Assembly (NCBI GenBank): GCA_977018835.1
Contig: OZ361258.1
Location: 682,001 to 746,000 of the forward strand
DNA: 64,000 nt
Source of the DNA: Minutocellus sp. GHC0000111
Taxonomy: Eukaryota
Direction of reading: 5' to 3'
Part shown: one piece after another, positions 57,697 to 64,000 of the stretch
Numbering within the stretch: the first letter of the stretch is position 1
Layout of the letters: each line of letters starts with the position of its first letter
Notes under the pieces: generated by a model
Database searches by the model: none
What the model saw: the letters and a program-made list of their open reading frames with translations, nothing else
Told to the model about the DNA's origin: nothing
Made by a program: the position numbers and the translations under genes

Positions 57697-60113
57697 ATGA
57701 AGCGCCCGGCCATCGCAGCGGGCCGCGCCACGACATTCGCCCTGGCCTTGGCTGCCGGCGCATCCCATCAGTCTCTCCCCGTGGCGTCTGCCGTACAGCA
57801 ACAGCCTCCATCACATCATGCTGCTGCTGCTGCTGCTTCTTCGGCCAGCTCAACGTGGAAGCAGTTCGAGGCCACGTCCCCGGCATCGGTCGGTAGACAT
57901 CATCATCATCGTCGTCGCTATGGACGAATGCGCGTCGAGGAAGAGGAGGGAGGGGATGTCTCTCGAAACCAAAACGGTCTTGCCGGCGCGGTCGGTGGTT
58001 TGTGGGACACTCTGCGCCGTCGGCCGAGAGGGGAGGTAGAGGACGACGAGCAAAAGCAAACGAAGAAGGAGGAGGACGGAGACGACAACAATGTCGAAAA
58101 GGAAGTCCCAAGGGAAGCGACCGACCAGACGGAGGACGAAGATTCGCCAAAAATGGATGAGCCGAACAAGGACGCTTCAGACAAGGACAAGGATGGCGAG
58201 AATGCCGAGGATACCGAGGAGGCTTCAGACGGGACGGTCTCTGCCATGCCGCCGACTCAGCCGCAGCCGCAGCAGCCACAATCACCCGGCAGCCAAAGGC
58301 CGCCCATGTACATTGTCCGTCCTCGGCCGCCAGCTGGCCTCCAGAATCACCCTAGTAATTCTCCCCTCGGTGGTCTCCTCATCCCATCTGGCGTCGGTAT
58401 CGGCGGCATCGGTAGCAGCGGTGTCGACCCCTCCTCCTCCTCGTCCCAATCGGTCCAATCGGCCCTCCTATCGGCCCTGACCAAAGTCCTGGTCGCCACC
58501 CTCCTCACGCCCGGGGGACTGCGGAACAACCCCCTCCTCCAATGGTTGCTCCCCCGCCGGTCGAGGGAGCGGCCGTACCTGCCCGACCCCGTCCAGCGCT
58601 ACACGTTCGAGCGGCTCAACGATCGGTACGAACGGGATGGGGCGGCCTTGGAACGGGCGCTGCTGGAGACGGCGCCGGCCGCCGATCGGGTGGGACACTT
58701 TTGGAGGAGGAGGCGTCGTTGGCAGCAGCGGCAGCTGCAGCAGAGTCACAAGAGCAGCCGTCGGGTGGTAAATTCGAAGAAGAAGAAAGCATTGATGGAT
58801 GGAGACAAGAACACCAACAACAAGGAAAAGAAGAGCGAAATAATGGATGCTGCAACTGACAAGCAAACGCATCAGCAGCAGCTACCCCAGCGGCAGGAGG
58901 GCGAGCACCGGACGGTCATTGTGCTGGACTTTTGCACCGATCCCAACTCCCCGTCGGCCCGGCACCTGCCGACGCCGGGACACACCCACGCCCCGGCCGA
59001 GGGCCATGCCGCCCCGCACGATCCCGTCGAGTTGCTCCGGGATCAGATCTCGTTCGTTTTGGAGCAGTATCGCGACCCGACGATCCGATCCCTCCTGGGA
59101 CGGCAGGTCGAGGTTGTCCTGAGGGTGGAGTCGGGAGGTGGGGGCGTCCAGGACTTTGGCGTGGCGGCCGATGCCGTGAGGAGAATTCGAGATGCGGCGG
59201 CCGATGCTGCTGCTGCTGCTGCTGCTGCTGTTTGTTCTACCTCTTCGTCTTCGTCCACCGACGCATCTGCTCCTGGTTCATTGTCATCAATTGCCAATGG
59301 TACTGGCAATGAGTCATTAGCAGTAGCCGCAGAAACCCCAAAGAAGGGCGAGGCTGCCTTGACGGAAGAAAACGATATCATCCTCACCGTCTGCGTGGAT
59401 AGGATTGCAGCCTCCGGTGGCTACATGGTGGCGGCCCAGGCCTCTCGCGGTCGGCTCTTCGCGGCGCCCTTTGCGCTGGTGGGGTCGATTGGCGTGTATA
59501 CCGAGCGCGTCAACATCCACGACGCCTTGACCCGCCTGGGAGTGCGGGGGCTCGTCCTCAAGGCTGGAAAGTCCAAGGCCCCAATTGGAACACGATCGGG
59601 GAGGTGAGCGAGAGCGGCATCAATGCGGTGCAAGAAGACCTGGATCGGGTGCACGACGCGTTTCGATCTCTGGTGAAGGATTCGAGGCAGGTGGAGAACG
59701 GCAAAGCACTCAGCGAAGTCATGGAGGGGGAATGTTTCTTGGGCAATTACGCCCAGGAACTGGGCTTGGTCGATCGAACCATTACTTCGGATGCCTACAT
59801 TGCCGAACGTGTCCTGGCCGGGGACAAGGTATTGCGACTTCGGCGTTACGACAAGCCCAAGGCTTTTGGCGGTTTGAATCTACCACTGAGTCCCCTTGAT
59901 CTCTTGCTCAGCGGTGGAGCGTCCGAGGATTTGTTTGGCAGACTCAAATCAAAAGTCAGAGCATCCTTATCCGCATTCAACGCGGCAGATGCTATCAAAT
60001 TTGTTGGTATTACTGCGGGCGCGTTCAATCTTCTCAAGGACTTTCAGCTTGGTGAGGGGCAATACACAAAGACGACAGGCAGTCCACAGGCACGCTACAC
60101 AAAGGGGAGATAG
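57697..60113 (+). CDS. Peptidase S49 (SohB/SppA-like) with a long low-complexity N-terminus; apparent 1-bp frameshift at about 59590
   Basis: EVVLRVESGGG.V..FG.AA, LTVCVDRIAASGGYM, AAPFALVGSIGV, KAGKSK, GECFLG..A.ELGLVD...TSD.YI. Confidence 0.85.
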
Positions 60114-60315
60114 ATAAACTACACACACCAAATCTTTATTCATTTTTGATTCGTAAGCGTTATCGAATAGTCCAAGCTCAAGCAAGATGCACGTAGATAG
60201 CTACGAAGAATAATATTAGGATAGCTCTTTGCTACTCTTACTATTTATTTGTTAACCTAAAAATTGTTATGAAAAATACACGCTTTTATACAAGCTGATA
60301 TACACGATGGGACTC

Positions 60316-63300
60316 TCACTGTTCCTTTGGGGGAGGGTTCTTCGTCTCGTTCCCTGCAGGTGACATGGTTGTCATCTTAGCGGCATGCAATGCATTCATG
60401 CGCGTGTTGTGATCTGCAACATTCTTGGAAGTAAATTCGCTAATCTGGACCTTCTTTTGTTTCTTGGCCTTGGGCTCACCGTCAGACGAGGACGGGTGGG
60501 ACTTTCTCCTGGCGGCGACCTTCTTGTCCGCAACCTTGGTATCCTTTACATCTTCATCGTCTTCCGAGGAAGTAGTATCCTTGGAAGAGGCCTCACTCCC
60601 ATCGCCATGGGATGAGTTATCATTGGACGAGTTGTCTTGGCTTGACTTGTTCTCGGATGACGCAGTCTCATCCGAGTCGCCCAGTGATGAGTCATTCTGG
60701 CTCGCTCCTCTGCTACTACTGGTATCTGTCTTAACACCAGAGCTTAGATCGGTGACTGAAGCCGGTGGGGCAAGAGAATGCGCGGTAGCATATGGGTTGT
60801 TACCCACCACCACACCCTCTTCATCACCCTGGCCATCAGCTTCTCCGGCGCCGGCAGATATGTCTGAGCATTGCTTGGGTAGACTGTAGGGAGGACCAAT
60901 CTGCTTGATATTGACGCGATGGTCGGAACGCTGGGGCTCATCAGACGAGCCGCTTTCCTTGGAGGCTGATGCTGATGCTGACGAAGCATCGGACGAGGGT
61001 TGGTCGGTGAGACTTGAGACAGTTCGGAAGGTACTTCGCTTGGCGCTCTTCTTGCTGACCTTTTCCAGAGCAGCATTCTTGGAGTCCTTGTCAGTATGGG
61101 CGGTGCTCGATGCCGACGAGCTTGCACCGGAATCCTTGGCAGCCTCGGCCTCAGTTTCAGCCTCGGCTTCGGTCTCAGCCTTGGTCCCAGCCTTAGCCTT
61201 GGCTTGCCTCTTCTTCCTCTTCTGCCTTGGCCTTGGCGAGCGCCTCTTCATGGCCCTTGCGAAGAGCACTCAAGAAGCCGAAGAGAGCCGTTCCAGCTTC
61301 CTCGCCTTCCTTGCTCCTTGGACTATCCGAGCCTTTGCTCGAGGAATTGCTCTGGCCCTCTTGCTCAGACGTTGGTGCCGTAACTTGTGCGGGAGGGACC
61401 ATTGCAGCAGGTAGCTGGACTTCTTGCTTAATAGCGGGCTTGGACGCCTCCGTTGGGACTGGTGAGATGCGATGGGCCGCTGATGGGGGGGCAAAGCAGC
61501 AGCCGCAACGGCCGGCGCCGCTGCCATCGACACTCCATTGGCGTTGTTGAACACACCCATTACTTGTTGCGGTGGTATTCTTGGAGGCTGTTGTGGTTGT
61601 TGTTGTTGCTGCTGCTGCTGCACGCCCGCGAAGCCGGGAGGTGATATACCACGTGCCTGAAACGGACTGCTACCCTGCACTATTCCCTGAGGAGGCGGTG
61701 GTTGCTGCTGCTGTTGCTGCAACACAGATAGGAGGACTTGAGACAGCGCCTGCGGTGGTAGCGAGCCAAGAATCTGCTGTGCCTGGGCTTGAGCCCATGT
61801 CGTCGATTGCTGCTGCTGTTGCTGCTGCTGTTGTGCCATAATGGCATTGCAGAGCAAAGCAGCAACATTCTGTTGCTGAGCAGAAGGTGCGGGTGGCTGC
61901 TGCTGGTGCTGCTGCTGTTGGGCTTGTTGAATAGCCGTCAGTGCAGGCACAATAGCGGCTTGAATGGCAGCTTGAAGGCTTTGTGGGCTGAACGACGAAG
62001 CAGCGATTGCCGCGGCAGGACTTAGGCCGGCACTGAGGAGGGCGGCCAAGGCAATTTGCTGAGGTTGGGGTTGCCCCTGGGCTTGCTGCTGCATCTGAGG
62101 AAGTTGAGGAGCTGATTGAACTTGAGGCGGTCCCTGAATTGCCATTTGCTGCTGCTGCTGCTGAGGCATGCCAGGGTGGCGCAATCCATGATGCACGTGG
62201 ATATGAGGGCCGGTGCCCGAAGGTGCCTGCTGAGGATAAATGTGCTGCGCATGGATCGGCACAGCCGGTGCAGGTGCGTGCCCAGGCCCATTTCCCATCG
62301 ACGAGCTGGCGCTCGACGCCGACGAGGACGACGCCGTGGCAGCGTAGGGAGGAGCCCGGCTGGAGGTTGGCGGCGGCGTTGGCGGTGACGGCCTGGGCTG
62401 TTGTTAAGCCTGCTGCTCCCATGTTAGCGTATGGCGGGAGAGGTATCGCCGCGTGGCCGGTCTTGACACGAAGCTTGAAACGCTCCTCGAGATAATTGAG
62501 CTGTTGGTCTGCAAGGGCGATATCACCAATTGCAATCCTGAGAGAAAGAGAGGTTTAAAGAGTGGATCGAGCAGCGTTGAAAAGAAAACGGATATTCAGT
62601 GTCGAATGCACGGATAATTGCATATAGATAAACGTGATACAAGCAAATCTTTTGCAGATCTACCAACTGAATTGAACTGAACTCACCTATCCTGGAAGGA
62701 AAAGGTGCGCTTGCCGAGGCAGGCTGCTCCGGCGTATTTCTTGGTGATGCGCATGGGGTCACAGTTGAGCTTCTCGGCCAGATAACCGCGCAGGGTCAAG
62801 CCATCCGGAAGGCGGAGTAGGCCCGCTCGAAAGTGTCGGATGACAGCGGTACTATAGGCCTCTTCCTCGGGCTGTTGTGCGGGTGGTACGATGTCGTACA
62901 AGTAATATATTTATGAACAAAGAGAGGGTGAGGCGAGTTCCTGAAAATGGGTGTGGCCTGCACCAGACATAAATTTAAAAGCGCCAAGCAAAAGGAAGAA
63001 CGGAGACGGCAAGACAAAAGAATAGAAAAATAACTTACCGTCCATTTGCCCTTGCGCAGTCCAGCCTTCTTGGCCTTCTTCGCTTTCTTCGTACTACCGC
63101 CGCCGCCGCTGCTACTGCTAGCGCATTTGGTAGTATTGTCGCCCTTCGTCTCGACGCAGTCGTCGCTTCCGCTCAGGCTCGACGTCGTGGCGGCGCCCTC
63201 GCTCTGTTCGCTGCTGCTGTCCTCGTCCTCCTCGTCGTTGGAATGGTCCTCCTCCTCGTCGTCCTCGTCGTCGTTGGAGTTGTCCCCTTCCATGACGCCA

Positions 63301-63587
63301 CCCTTACTGTTCTTGTTGTTGTCACCTTTGAGCCGCTTCGGGGACGGTGGGGCCGAAGCGGAGGCGGAGGCGGAGACGACGGCGGCGGTCGAAACCGTCA
63401 CCAGGGATTCCGCCGCCTCCAGCTCGTCCAACCGCGACGACCGAGCATCGTCGATGGTGGAGTGATTGCGCTTCTTGATGGGACGATTGTTGCTGTTGCT
63501 GCTCCGGTTGGGAGACGGAGAGGTGGAGGCCGGGCCCTCCTGGCTTTCTTCCCTTGGCTGATTTCCCGTTTCTTCCTTCCCGAACAT
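60316..63587 (-). CDS. Putative transcription factor with a stramenopile Myb-like domain and a Gln-rich region; introns 63038-62872 and 62686-62538; three apparent frameshifts
   Basis: LRKGKWT|PEEEAYSTAVIRHFRAGLL..PDG.TLR.YLAEKLNCDPMRITKKYAG..CLGK; EAAESL motif; poly-Q tracts; acidic Ser-rich C-terminus. Confidence 0.7.
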
Positions 63588-64000
63588 TTTGTTCCGCTGT
63601 CGCTCATATTTGTAGTTTCAATTGTTGCTTTGGTATGACTTCGGTGCGATAGAGATTGCTTGCGTCTGCTTGATGAAATTTACGTCCTTCGTTCGATGTT
63701 GGTTCTGTGCCTTTTGATTGCAATGTGAACCTCAAAGTGCGTTGCCTCTAATTTCGTAGTTCTCTTTCAGGTGCTGTTTTGTGCCGAAGCCTGTTCAACT
63801 TGCTGGTTGCATCGATGCGGCTACTAGTATGATGACGAGGACAGGATGCGACATGCGTAATTGTGCAAAATGCATCAAAGTTGCTGTTCCTGCGATTGAA
63901 ACGAGGTCATCTTTCGTTCTTTGGGTTTCTTTTGTGGGCAAAGATCCGACACATGGGCACAAAGTTTGTGATCTGCCCCATCGCGTCATCCGAATATGCG

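Overview
Gene-dense eukaryotic nuclear DNA, almost certainly from a diatom. The evidence is short GT-AG introns, several signal-peptide + (A)F plastid-targeting presequences, a DUF6824-type protein and a silaffin/cingulin-like protein. About 28 protein-coding loci can be read. They are mostly housekeeping or metabolic (lipase, P4H, MenA, DnaJ, RPC11, GST, ECM29, CSA/ERCC8, MATE, MOSC, Omp85, DBP4, THUMP methyltransferase, POP1, S49 peptidase), plus a 58-aa NDUFB3 gene absent from the ORF track. Two loci stand out. (1) A complete 3.88-kb Tc1/mariner DD39D transposon (28240-32121, perfect 32-bp TIRs) whose transposase appears to carry an N-terminal PHD finger and a Tudor-like barrel; it sits inside intron 1 of a FIT/Scs3-family gene. 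(2) A five-exon secreted Gly/Ser/Lys-rich silaffin/cingulin-like protein with an RxL processing site and an embedded ricin-B lectin domain (13205-15049). Many genes carry apparent 1-bp frameshifts, often in homopolymers, which suggests an imperfectly polished assembly, so individual frameshifts should not be taken as pseudogenisation without read data. All calls come from motif recognition by eye; no database search was run.
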